DNA of 32,000 nucleotides from Candidatus Hadarchaeota archaeon (GTDB taxonomy: Archaea > Hadarchaeota > Hadarchaeia > Hadarchaeales > Hadarchaeaceae): NCBI GenBank assembly GCA_964514965.1, contig CAZETV010000001.1, positions 30,001-62,000 of the forward strand, given 5' to 3'. This document shows, piece after piece, positions 17,805 through 25,100 of the stretch; positions within the stretch are counted from its first letter, which is position 1, and the number at the start of each line of letters is the position of its first letter. The position numbers were made by a program, and so were the translations under genes. The notes below the pieces were generated by a model. The model was given only the letters and a program-made list of their open reading frames with translations, was not told the DNA's origin and made no database searches.

Positions 17805-17897
17805 GGGCCCGTGGCGCAGATTGGTTAGCGCGTTCGGCTGATAGCCAGTTTGGCAGAAACCGGAAGGTCGAGGGTTCGAATCCCTCCGGGCCCACCA
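17805..17897 (+). tRNA. tRNA-Ile (anticodon GAU) with a 15-nt intron at 37/38 and encoded CCA
   Basis: The acceptor is GGGCCCG/CGGGCCC and the D arm is GCGC/GCGC. The anticodon stem is TTCGG/CCGGA and the loop is CTGATA..A. The intron is 17844-17858 (GCCAGTTTGGCAGAA). The T arm is GAGGG-TTCGAAT-CCCTC, followed by ACCA. An A/T box AAATTTAAGT lies about 20-30 nt upstream. Confidence 0.9.
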
Positions 17898-17913
17898 TCA
17901 AAGGTAACGAACT

Positions 17914-18711
17914 ATGTCACTCGACGAGAAACTTAAGCATCTCAAATCGATTATCCGAGACTGCAACAGTGCGGTAATCGCTTTTTCGGGTGGGGTCGAC
18001 TCCTCGCTCGTCTGCGCGGTTGCCCACGAAGTTTTGGGTGAGCGAACCGTCGCGGTCACGGCCATTTCTCAGACTTACCCGCATGGAGAAGTTGAATGGG
18101 CCAAGAAAGCTGCCGAGCATATCGGTATCAGGCATATGACCATCATCACGAACGAACTCGAGGACCCACATTTCGCCACAAATCCGCCAGAAAGATGCTA
18201 CAACTGTAAAAGTGAATTGCTTCGAAAATTGGATTGGGTCCGCAAGGAGATGGGATTTGAGAAAATTTTTGATGGAACGAATCTCGACGATTTTTCAGAC
18301 TACAGGCCGGGTATCCGCGCCCTCCGTGAGTTTGGGGTTCTTAGCCCGCTTGCGGAAGCTGGTTTGACGAAGGAGGAAGTTCGGGAGCTGGCGGCCGGGT
18401 ACGGTTTGCCAAATGCGGGTAAACCTGCCAATCCCTGCCTCGCTTCTAGGATTCCTTTCGGCCAGGAAATAACACCCGAAAAGCTCGAGCGGATAGCGAA
18501 AGGAGAGGAGTTCATTCGTTCGTTGGGTTTTTGCGTGGTTAGGGTGAGGGATTACGGGGAGCTGGCGAGGGTCGAAGTCGGAAAAGAGGAGTTGCAACGG
18601 GTGCTTCAGTTGAGCGGGAAAATTGAATCAGCTTTGAAGAGGCTCGGATATGCCCAAGTGACGATAGATCCCCGAGGCTACCGTGAAGGCGGGGCAAACC
18701 TCACTTTTTAA
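17914..18711 (+). CDS. PP-loop ATP pyrophosphatase, LarE-like (COG1606/TIGR00268 family) sulfur transferase
   Basis: The 265-aa ORF has the PP-loop AFSGGVDSSLV. It also has NPPERCYNCK and the conserved PCLASRIPFG segment with the LarE-type Cys. Confidence 0.8.
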   Translation: MSLDEKLKHLKSIIRDCNSAVIAFSGGVDSSLVCAVAHEVLGERTVAVTAISQTYPHGEVEWAKKAAEHIGIRHMTIITNELEDPHFATNPPERCYNCKSELLRKLDWVRKEMGFEKIFDGTNLDDFSDYRPGIRALREFGVLSPLAEAGLTKEEVRELAAGYGLPNAGKPANPCLASRIPFGQEITPEKLERIAKGEEFIRSLGFCVVRVRDYGELARVEVGKEELQRVLQLSGKIESALKRLGYAQVTIDPRGYREGGANLTF

Positions 18712-18717
18712 GTCAAG

Positions 18718-19533
18718 ATGCGAGGTATTAGAAAGGGTGCGAGATTGAAGCTTGAGGACACCAAAATAACGGCTGCGATCATAGAGCGATTCATGCGAAA
18801 TTTAATGGACATAACAGAGCTTGACGTAGCGATAGCTGGAGCTGGGCCATCGGGAATAACCGCCGCTCGCTACTTGGCCAAGGCGGGTGCTAAAGCTGCG
18901 GTTTTCGAGCGGAACCTTCATGTGGGGGGAGGGATGTGGGGTGGCGGAATTCTTTTCCCACGCATTGTGATTCAGGAGGAAGCGAAGGGAATTATAGAGG
19001 AGGTCGGGGTCAAGCTCGAGGCACATGAGGCTGGCTACTACACCGCTGATTCGGTGGAAGCCGTGTCTAAATTTACTTCAGCTGCGGTCGATTCTGGAGC
19101 GCGCGTAATGGTCGGGTTAACGGTAGAGGATGTGATGATACGAGAGAGAGATCGTGTGGCTGGCGTCGTGATTAATTGGAAAGCGGTTGAACTGGCAAGC
19201 CTGCACGTTGACCCGATTGGAATAAATGCGAAAGTCGTTATCGACGCCACGGGACACGATGCGAAGATAGCCCGCATAATACAACGGAAGGTACCTGGCG
19301 CCAAGTTTCCGACGAGTACAGGCGGAGTTATAGGAGAAAAGCCAATGTGGGCAGAGGCGGGAGAGGCCGAGATCATGCGCAACACACGTGAGGTCTATCC
19401 GGGTCTGATTGTGACAGGCATGGCAGCCAACACCGTCTTTGGATCGCCTCGAATGGGGGCGGTTTTTGGTGGCATGCTGCTCTCAGGCAAAAGGGCTGCG
19501 GAGATTGCCCTAGAGTTGCTTCGCAAAAAGTGA
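18718..19533 (+). CDS. thi4: Thiamine thiazole synthase Thi4 (archaeal, His-type non-suicide form)
   Basis: The sequence reads DVAIAGAGPSGITAARYLAKAGAKAAVFERNLHVGGGMWGGG (FAD/NAD fold). IDATGHDA has His at the position of the yeast sacrificial Cys. Confidence 0.9.
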   Translation: MRGIRKGARLKLEDTKITAAIIERFMRNLMDITELDVAIAGAGPSGITAARYLAKAGAKAAVFERNLHVGGGMWGGGILFPRIVIQEEAKGIIEEVGVKLEAHEAGYYTADSVEAVSKFTSAAVDSGARVMVGLTVEDVMIRERDRVAGVVINWKAVELASLHVDPIGINAKVVIDATGHDAKIARIIQRKVPGAKFPTSTGGVIGEKPMWAEAGEAEIMRNTREVYPGLIVTGMAANTVFGSPRMGAVFGGMLLSGKRAAEIALELLRKK

Positions 19534-19590
19534 GCGTAGATTTTAAAAGTGCGAGCTTTAGTTTTTTTCAAATTTTTCCAGATGAGTTCA

Positions 19591-19869
19591 TTAAGCTTGG
19601 GTTGATTGAAGAGTCCATCGGTCTCGCCCGCTGTGGCTTTCATGCGCAGGTGCTTCGGCAGCGTGCTGCAAACAAATGTATGCTGTGTTTGCCAAGTCTA
19701 ACTCTCTCGAGATTTTCTCAAATTTAGCCACTTGTTTTTTCAATGCGTTCATAATAAGCCCAAACATCTCCTCGCTCGTGTGTGGGTAAGTGTAGAAATG
19801 AATTGGTAAAATGTTTAATTTTTTCGTTGTAAAGGCGCGCGCGGCAGAAGAGTGTTTTCCAGAAACCAA
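19591..19869 (-). CDS. Hypothetical ORF of doubtful coding status
   Basis: This 92-aa track ORF is the only one in the 400-bp gap between thi4 and tRNA-Cys. It has a TTG start and no recognisable SD or family. The segment LANTAYICLQHAAEA is vaguely HEPN-like but not convincing. Confidence 0.2.
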   Translation of the reverse strand: MVSGKHSSAARAFTTKKLNILPIHFYTYPHTSEEMFGLIMNALKKQVAKFEKISRELDLANTAYICLQHAAEAPAHESHSGRDRWTLQSTQA

Positions 19870-19937
19870 GCAAACGATTCACTCTTTTATTTAAACCACA
19901 GATTTTTTATCAATGTTGCAATAAAAAATAAGAATGT

Positions 19938-20011
19938 GCCGGGGTGGCCCAATCTGGAAAGGCGGCGGACTGCAGATCCGCTTTTTGCCGGTTCAAATCC
20001 GGCCCCCGGCT
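19938..20011 (+). tRNA. tRNA-Cys (anticodon GCA), no intron, CCA not encoded
   Basis: The acceptor is GCCGGGG/CCCCGGC with discriminator U73. The anticodon stem is GCGGA/TCCGC with loop CTGCAGA. The T arm is GCCGG-TTCAAAT-CCGGC. T-runs follow (CTCTGTTTTTATACTTTTATTTC). Confidence 0.9.
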
Positions 20012-20112
20012 CTGTTTTTATACTTTTATTTCAAAGCCGACTTAGGCGTGCCAAAAATTGAATGCGTTCATAAAAAAAAAGGTTTATAAACACTATCTCT
20101 AAATCTCTCTTC

Positions 20113-20967
20113 ATGTGCCCGCCTTCGAAACTTTTCGGATTCGCGCTTGCGGCGATTTTTGTGGTCGTTGGATTGTCTGGATTAGTGGGTGCAGTTTCCG
20201 ATCATGGGTGGACTCTCGAAACCGCAGACCAGGCCTTCCAGACTTGGATAATAACGGATATAGAAGTAGGGCAGCAGGCAACGCTCACAGTCGATAGTTC
20301 CGGAAACTTTACAGGTTTGGGCTGGGTCGGAACCGCCCCAGGTGCTGGCGACTATAACATCTATATCACGAATGGTAGGATGTCAGGTACCTCGATGACC
20401 TTTCAGGTGAGTGCTTCTTATAGCGGAGGACAAGGGACCATTTCAGGAACAGGTACTGGGACACTGAACGCATCATTCCCGAGCGCTACATCAGCATCCG
20501 GAACACATTCCGGCACCATATCGGATCCACTTGGCAGTAAGGCTTACAGCTCCTCGTGGACTGCAACGAAAATTGGGGGAGACGGCGATGGAGGAGGTCT
20601 AGTCTTCCCAGACCTCACCGTATTAATCTATCGTGTAGCACCGGGTGTATCCCTTATCGTCGCTATAGTTGCAGCTGTTGCAATCGTAGTCGCTATTCTG
20701 CCCCTTCCACGTAAGGGGGTTCGACCCACAAGAGGTAAGTTAAAAACCGGTGCGCCTGCCAGCATGGTTCAGCATCTAGATTCAATACAAAAAATCCCGC
20801 CGGGTGCACGGCCTCTGCCTCAACCTAGGTTGCATCCGGGCAAATTTGAGCCAACCGATGTCCTTCAAAAAGTCCCCTGTCCATACTGCGGTACTATCCT
20901 CATTTCCGCATTTGGAAAATGGTACTGCCCGAATCCAAAGTGCAAATGGAATAAAGGAGAAGTGTAA
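20113..20967 (+). CDS. Hypothetical bitopic membrane protein: signal/anchor, Gly/Ser/Thr-rich ectodomain, TM helix, Pro-rich linker, C-terminal zinc ribbon
   Basis: The 284-aa ORF has an N-terminal hydrophobic segment, FGFALAAIFVVVGLSGLVGAV, and a central TM helix, VAPGVSLIVAIVAAVAIVVAILPL. The C-terminus is CPYCGTILISAFGKWYCPNPKC. A GGTTTATAAAC box lies about 25-30 nt before the ATG. Confidence 0.55.
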   Translation: MCPPSKLFGFALAAIFVVVGLSGLVGAVSDHGWTLETADQAFQTWIITDIEVGQQATLTVDSSGNFTGLGWVGTAPGAGDYNIYITNGRMSGTSMTFQVSASYSGGQGTISGTGTGTLNASFPSATSASGTHSGTISDPLGSKAYSSSWTATKIGGDGDGGGLVFPDLTVLIYRVAPGVSLIVAIVAAVAIVVAILPLPRKGVRPTRGKLKTGAPASMVQHLDSIQKIPPGARPLPQPRLHPGKFEPTDVLQKVPCPYCGTILISAFGKWYCPNPKCKWNKGEV

Positions 20968-20983
20968 GTCACAGGTGATCCTT

Positions 20984-21310
20984 ATGTCTGCCCAATCGCA
21001 GGGTGCGTCATCCTATGAATTCTTGCGTAAACAGGCTGCTGGGTATAGAGTCGGTCTCTTGATACTCGCCATAGCAGCGATGTTTTTAGCTGCTGTGAAC
21101 TATCAAATGCTAGATGAGAGCTTTGTCCGTACGAATTTCCAGATGGCTATTATCATTTTAGCTTTGACAGCAGCATTTGGATTCATCTGCTTAGGGGCGA
21201 TGAAAGGATATCTTAAGGTTCGTCGTTCTGCCAGCAACGCCCTGAGGGCTGGAACGGTTACAGAGATGTCGGATGTTCCAGTAAGAGCATCCAAGAAAAA
21301 AGGGAAATAG
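20984..21310 (+). CDS. Small hypothetical membrane protein (two TM helices)
   Basis: I chose the ATG at 20984 (AGGTGAT SD 5 nt upstream), 17 nt after the preceding stop. The hydrophobic stretches are VGLLILAIAAMFLAAV and MAIIILALTAAFGFICLGAM. The track's longer ORF (start 20804) overlaps the upstream gene. Confidence 0.5.
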   Translation: MSAQSQGASSYEFLRKQAAGYRVGLLILAIAAMFLAAVNYQMLDESFVRTNFQMAIIILALTAAFGFICLGAMKGYLKVRRSASNALRAGTVTEMSDVPVRASKKKGK

Positions 21311-21401
21311 TCTATGGCCCACTAGTTATTCTCCACCCAACTGGATAGATTTATCACGGAATTTTTAAACTTCCAGAGAATACAATCTGCAGGGTTGTAT
21401 A

Positions 21402-21824
21402 ATGCCCGATGTTGGCATCCATCAAAAGGGCGAGGTTGATTTGCCGAGACTTCTTGAAAAATTGCAAAGTGAACTCGAGGGGAAGGCGGGTGCGGTAGGG
21501 TGCTTCGTGGGTGTCGTCCGTGAAACTTCGAAGGATGGAAAGAAAGTAAAGTATCTTCACTATGAGTGTGCGGAAGAATCGATTAAAGGACTTGAGCGAA
21601 TAGCAGCTGACATCGAGAGGCTACCCGGCATCCTGAAAGTGATGATTCACCATGTAATTGACGATCTTACACCGGGTGAAGATGTCATCTATATATTAGT
21701 GGCCGGAAAGCATCGAGCAGAGGTCTTTTCGGCGCTACCCAAAATCATGGACAGGGTAAAGACGGAAGTACTAATCTGGAAGAAAGAGTTCACTGAAACC
21801 GGAGAGCAATGGATTCATGAGTAG
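21402..21824 (+). CDS. moaE: Molybdopterin synthase catalytic subunit MoaE-like
   Basis: The 140-aa ORF reads GAVGCFVGVVRE...YLHYECAEE...IHHVIDDLTPGEDVIYILVAGKHRAEVFSALPKIMDRVKTEVLIWKKE, matching the MoaE pattern (..HR.G.L..GE....V.V...HR..AF.A......LK...PIWKKE). Confidence 0.8.
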   Translation: MPDVGIHQKGEVDLPRLLEKLQSELEGKAGAVGCFVGVVRETSKDGKKVKYLHYECAEESIKGLERIAADIERLPGILKVMIHHVIDDLTPGEDVIYILVAGKHRAEVFSALPKIMDRVKTEVLIWKKEFTETGEQWIHE

Positions 21825-21902
21825 CAAGCTCAATTTATATAGAATACTCTCTTCTGGTTTGGTTATCATTTTTAATTTTTTGGCCTCGCACGTTTCAACG
21901 CT

Positions 21903-22718
21903 TTAATATTCTGATGGGAGTTGTTTTAGTTTTTCATACGAAAAGACAGGTCCATCTCGGCATACATAAACACTGCCTAAATTGCACCTTCCGCATTTGC
22001 CCAATCCGCACTTCATTTTCATCTCAAGCGTCATAAAAATTTGATCGGGTTTGAATCCTAACTCCAAGAGGTTTTTCATGACAAAGTTTATCATGATTGG
22101 GGGACCGCAAGTCACGGCTATCGAATTTCCGGATGGAGGAGAAATTTTCAGCAAGTTGGCGGGTACGAAGCCTACAAATTCACCCCACCCATCCTCGGCC
22201 TTGTCGATTGATAAATGCACCTTTACTCCGTTATCCCTTAAGCCAAGGAGTTCTTTTTCTCGAATCAAATCTTTCCTACTCCTTGCTCCGTAAATTAACA
22301 TCAATTCTCTGTACTTTCCTTTATTCATTGTATAGTAAAGCAGAGGTCTCAGTGGGGGTAAACCTATGCCGCCGCCGATTAGTATTAATTTTTTTCCTTC
22401 CCACTCTTTAACTGGAAAACCGTTCCCATACGGTCCTCTTACCCAAACGGTTTCTCCCACCTCGAGTCTGTGCAGCGCCGTTGTAACTTTGCCCATCTTT
22501 TTCACGCAGATTTCTATTTTACCTTCAGCTGGTGGCGAAAAAAGAGAGACCGGAAACTCACCTTCCCCTAGCACTGATATTTCGAAGTACTGTCCCGGAA
22601 CAAAATTTAGCTTCTCTTCTCTGTCTTTTAGCTCCAGCTCAAAGCTCTTTATGTCTGGCGTTTCTTGCCTGATTTGCTTGATTACTGCGGGTTTTGGAGA
22701 GTAAATATATTCAGTCAA
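21903..22718 (-). CDS. FAD/NAD(P)-binding [2Fe-2S] oxidoreductase subunit, HydG (sulfhydrogenase gamma)/AsrB/FlxA-like
   Basis: The sequence reads PGQYFEISVLGEGEFPVS (FAD barrel) and LILIGGGIGLPPLRPL (NAD(P) fold). The C-terminus is MKCGLGKCGRCNLGSVYVCRDGPVF ([2Fe-2S]). I prefer the TTG start at 22718, which overlaps the upstream stop as TTGA and has a GGTGGGG SD. The track start at 22769 would overlap by 55 nt. Confidence 0.85.
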   Translation of the reverse strand: MTEYIYSPKPAVIKQIRQETPDIKSFELELKDREEKLNFVPGQYFEISVLGEGEFPVSLFSPPAEGKIEICVKKMGKVTTALHRLEVGETVWVRGPYGNGFPVKEWEGKKLILIGGGIGLPPLRPLLYYTMNKGKYRELMLIYGARSRKDLIREKELLGLRDNGVKVHLSIDKAEDGWGEFVGFVPANLLKISPPSGNSIAVTCGPPIMINFVMKNLLELGFKPDQIFMTLEMKMKCGLGKCGRCNLGSVYVCRDGPVFSYEKLKQLPSEY

Positions 22719-23716
22719 GATTTCCCCACCTTCGATAATATCTCGATTAAATTTATCCCTGATGGACAATTATCTAAGCATCTCCCGCAGCCGACGCAGC
22801 CGATTTCATCGATGTTTTCCAACAGGTATTGGAACTTGTGGTAGACTCTGTTTCGAATCCTCTCTCGTCGGGTTGGTCTTGGGTTATGGCCGGAGGATTG
22901 CAAGGTGAAATAAGGGAACGTGCAAGAATCCCAAGTTCTCACCCTGAAGGTTTTGCCGTCCAAGAATTCGTCAGTCAAATCAAAGCAATGACAGGTGGGG
23001 CAAAAGTAAGCGCATACCCCACAGCCAATACATATTTTGGATACTTCGTCCCAGATTTCGCTTTCGAAAGTGTGTTTTAATTTTGCGGTTACCTGCTTCA
23101 CATCTAATTCTCGTGCAATCTTTTTTTCCGCGTTCTGCTGGGTGTTTTTCCTTAACTCTATATCAGCTTTGGTTGGTTCTGAGAACAATTCTTTGCTACT
23201 CTCAACCAATTTTTCCCCGACCTTGCTCAACACTTCCACATAGTATTTCTCACCCATATCTGTGAGCAGCATATCGAGCCCATCTGTAGAAAACGGACCC
23301 AAGCCGAGAGAGCTGCAAAAACAATTTTCCCCTGGGGATGTACAGGCCAGCCCGATCATGGGGAGATTATTTTTCCTCTGTAAAAAGTAAGGGTCTTCAC
23401 GATCTTTTTCGAAAACCTTGGTCAACACCTGTATGCTTTTCGCATCGCAGGGTCTAACTCCAAATATTACTCCCAAGTTCGAAACTTTTGGTGTATAGAT
23501 CTCCTTTTTGCCCGCCATGAAAATCGTTTCCGTTTGAGGCATGAATAAAGACTTGATTGGTTTCAGGGTGTTCGTGAACTCAAAAGTTATTTCTTTCGGA
23601 TCATTTACAAGCTTAAACTCGATTTTGCCTTCCTCATCTTTAACAGGTGCATATAACTTTTCAGTGCGCAGATTTCGCAGAAACTTTTGCAAATCTCTCT
23701 TCTTGATGACTTTCAT
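22715..23716 (-). CDS. Fe-S subunit, HydB (sulfhydrogenase beta)/AsrA/FlxB-like, 4Fe-4S dicluster
   Basis: The 333-aa ORF reads GVRPCDAKSIQVLTKVF, with CTSPGENCFCSSLG. The two cluster motifs are CIGCGVCAYFCPTCHC and CVGCGRCLDNCPSG. The start overlaps the upstream stop (ATGA). Confidence 0.85.
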   Translation of the reverse strand: MKVIKKRDLQKFLRNLRTEKLYAPVKDEEGKIEFKLVNDPKEITFEFTNTLKPIKSLFMPQTETIFMAGKKEIYTPKVSNLGVIFGVRPCDAKSIQVLTKVFEKDREDPYFLQRKNNLPMIGLACTSPGENCFCSSLGLGPFSTDGLDMLLTDMGEKYYVEVLSKVGEKLVESSKELFSEPTKADIELRKNTQQNAEKKIARELDVKQVTAKLKHTFESEIWDEVSKICIGCGVCAYFCPTCHCFDLTDEFLDGKTFRVRTWDSCTFPYFTLQSSGHNPRPTRRERIRNRVYHKFQYLLENIDEIGCVGCGRCLDNCPSGINLIEILSKVGKS

Positions 23717-24684
23717 CTTATGAACTCCTCAGGATCCTCTAGTTTAAAACTCGCGAGAAGAGGTTTCTGTTCTATATTTATGCCCGCCCTGTAGTCAAAA
23801 AGATTCTTCATGTCTTTTTCCATTTTTCTAAACAGCTTTGAGAGTGGTATCCCCTCCGGGCAGCTATGTTCGCACGCAACGCAGCCAACGCACCTCCCGG
23901 CCAAGTGGAATACTCTCATCAAATGGAAAAAGGCATTTTCGGACTCAACTACTGATTTTTTAACCCATGTTGGCATCGTCTTGTCCGCGAGACATTCTTT
24001 GCAATAGCAGAGCGGACACACTTCCCTGCAGGCATAGCACCTAACACATTTACTTAGCTTTTCCTTCCAGTAATCCCATCTCTCCTCTAACTCCATTCTC
24101 TCTATCTCCTTCACGTCGTCGTAGTTCTCTTTGCCCCAGGGTTTCACTTCCTCGCCGAGCAGGATATCATAAATTACAGGGGTGGGATTTTGGCAGTGAT
24201 TGCAACTGTCGAACACGAATTCTCTTCGATCGAGTTTGATGACTCCATTTTTTGTTTCGACTTTCACTGTTCCGTTTTCGATTAGAATTCCCGTGACTGA
24301 AGAGGACTGTACATTTCTTTTACCGAGCTCTTCACGCAGTTTTTCAAGGTCTACTATACCCTGGCAAGGAATTCCTATCAGCACCACTTTCTCTCTGTCA
24401 ACAATCCCTTCCTGTATCAACTTTGTCACTGCACGGCTATCGCAACCTTTGACCACCAAGCCGATTTTTTCGCCTGCTTTGATTTCTTCTAAAGTTAAAT
24501 AGACGGCCAAATTGTGAGCACATAGAGAGGAATAGTGTAGTTTGTTAACATCATCGGTCGATTTAGCAAAGAAGGGCCTCGCGTTCAAGGGTTCGACCAT
24601 TTCGTATCCGATGATATATTTCACTTTTCCTTCGGTCAGTAGCCTGTTTGCCTCTTTTCGGAGATTTTCTACTAAGCTTACCAT
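23713..24684 (-). CDS. Second HydB/AsrA-like Fe-S subunit (FlxC-like), 4Fe-4S dicluster
   Basis: The 323-aa ORF reads GLVVKGCDSRAVTKLIQEG, the same N-domain motif as the neighbouring HydB-like protein. The cluster motifs are CVRCYACREVCPLCYC and CVGCVACEHSCPEG. The start overlaps the mvhD stop by 7 nt (ATGGTAA). Confidence 0.75.
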   Translation of the reverse strand: MVSLVENLRKEANRLLTEGKVKYIIGYEMVEPLNARPFFAKSTDDVNKLHYSSLCAHNLAVYLTLEEIKAGEKIGLVVKGCDSRAVTKLIQEGIVDREKVVLIGIPCQGIVDLEKLREELGKRNVQSSSVTGILIENGTVKVETKNGVIKLDRREFVFDSCNHCQNPTPVIYDILLGEEVKPWGKENYDDVKEIERMELEERWDYWKEKLSKCVRCYACREVCPLCYCKECLADKTMPTWVKKSVVESENAFFHLMRVFHLAGRCVGCVACEHSCPEGIPLSKLFRKMEKDMKNLFDYRAGINIEQKPLLASFKLEDPEEFIR

Positions 24685-25100
24685 TCTATCTTCCTCTTGA
24701 TTTTTTTCATTGGGCCAAGCACTCGGATTTCTTCCACCATGTCTTCCACGATTTTAGCAAACTTCTGTCCTTCCGATGCAGAAACCCACGCGGCTTGGAG
24801 CCTTTTTGGATTTATCCCAATGTATTCCAAAAGATTTCTTAGGAGCTTCAGTCTTCTTCTATTGTAATAGTTTCCTTCCCGATAATGGCATTCCCCTGGG
24901 TGACAACCACCTATGAACACGCCGTCAGCTCCTTGCTGGAAACACCTCAACACCCACAATGGATTCACCCTGCCCGAGCACATCACCCTGATGGTTCTCA
25001 AGTTAGGCGGGTAGGTCAATCTGCTAGTACCTGCCAAATCGGCTCCCGCATAAGCACACCAATTGCATAAGAAGCCTACTATACGCGGTTCCCAACTCAA
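24678..25100 (-). CDS. mvhD: MvhD/FlxD: methyl-viologen-reducing hydrogenase delta subunit family ([2Fe-2S])
   Basis: The 140-aa ORF reads PRIVGFLCNWCAYAGADLAG...IRVMCSGRV...GADGVFIGGCHPGECHY, the family signature. The TTG start overlaps the upstream stop as TTGA. Confidence 0.9.
   Translation of the reverse strand: MSWEPRIVGFLCNWCAYAGADLAGTSRLTYPPNLRTIRVMCSGRVNPLWVLRCFQQGADGVFIGGCHPGECHYREGNYYNRRRLKLLRNLLEYIGINPKRLQAAWVSASEGQKFAKIVEDMVEEIRVLGPMKKIKRKIEW

Noticed and set aside
19534-20112. tRNA-Cys region, considered as an integration site of a mobile element
   Set aside because: The tRNA 3' half (TTCAAATCCGGCCCCCGGC) has no second copy anywhere in the window. No integrase or transposase motif was seen. 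The adjacent 92-aa ORF is unconvincing.
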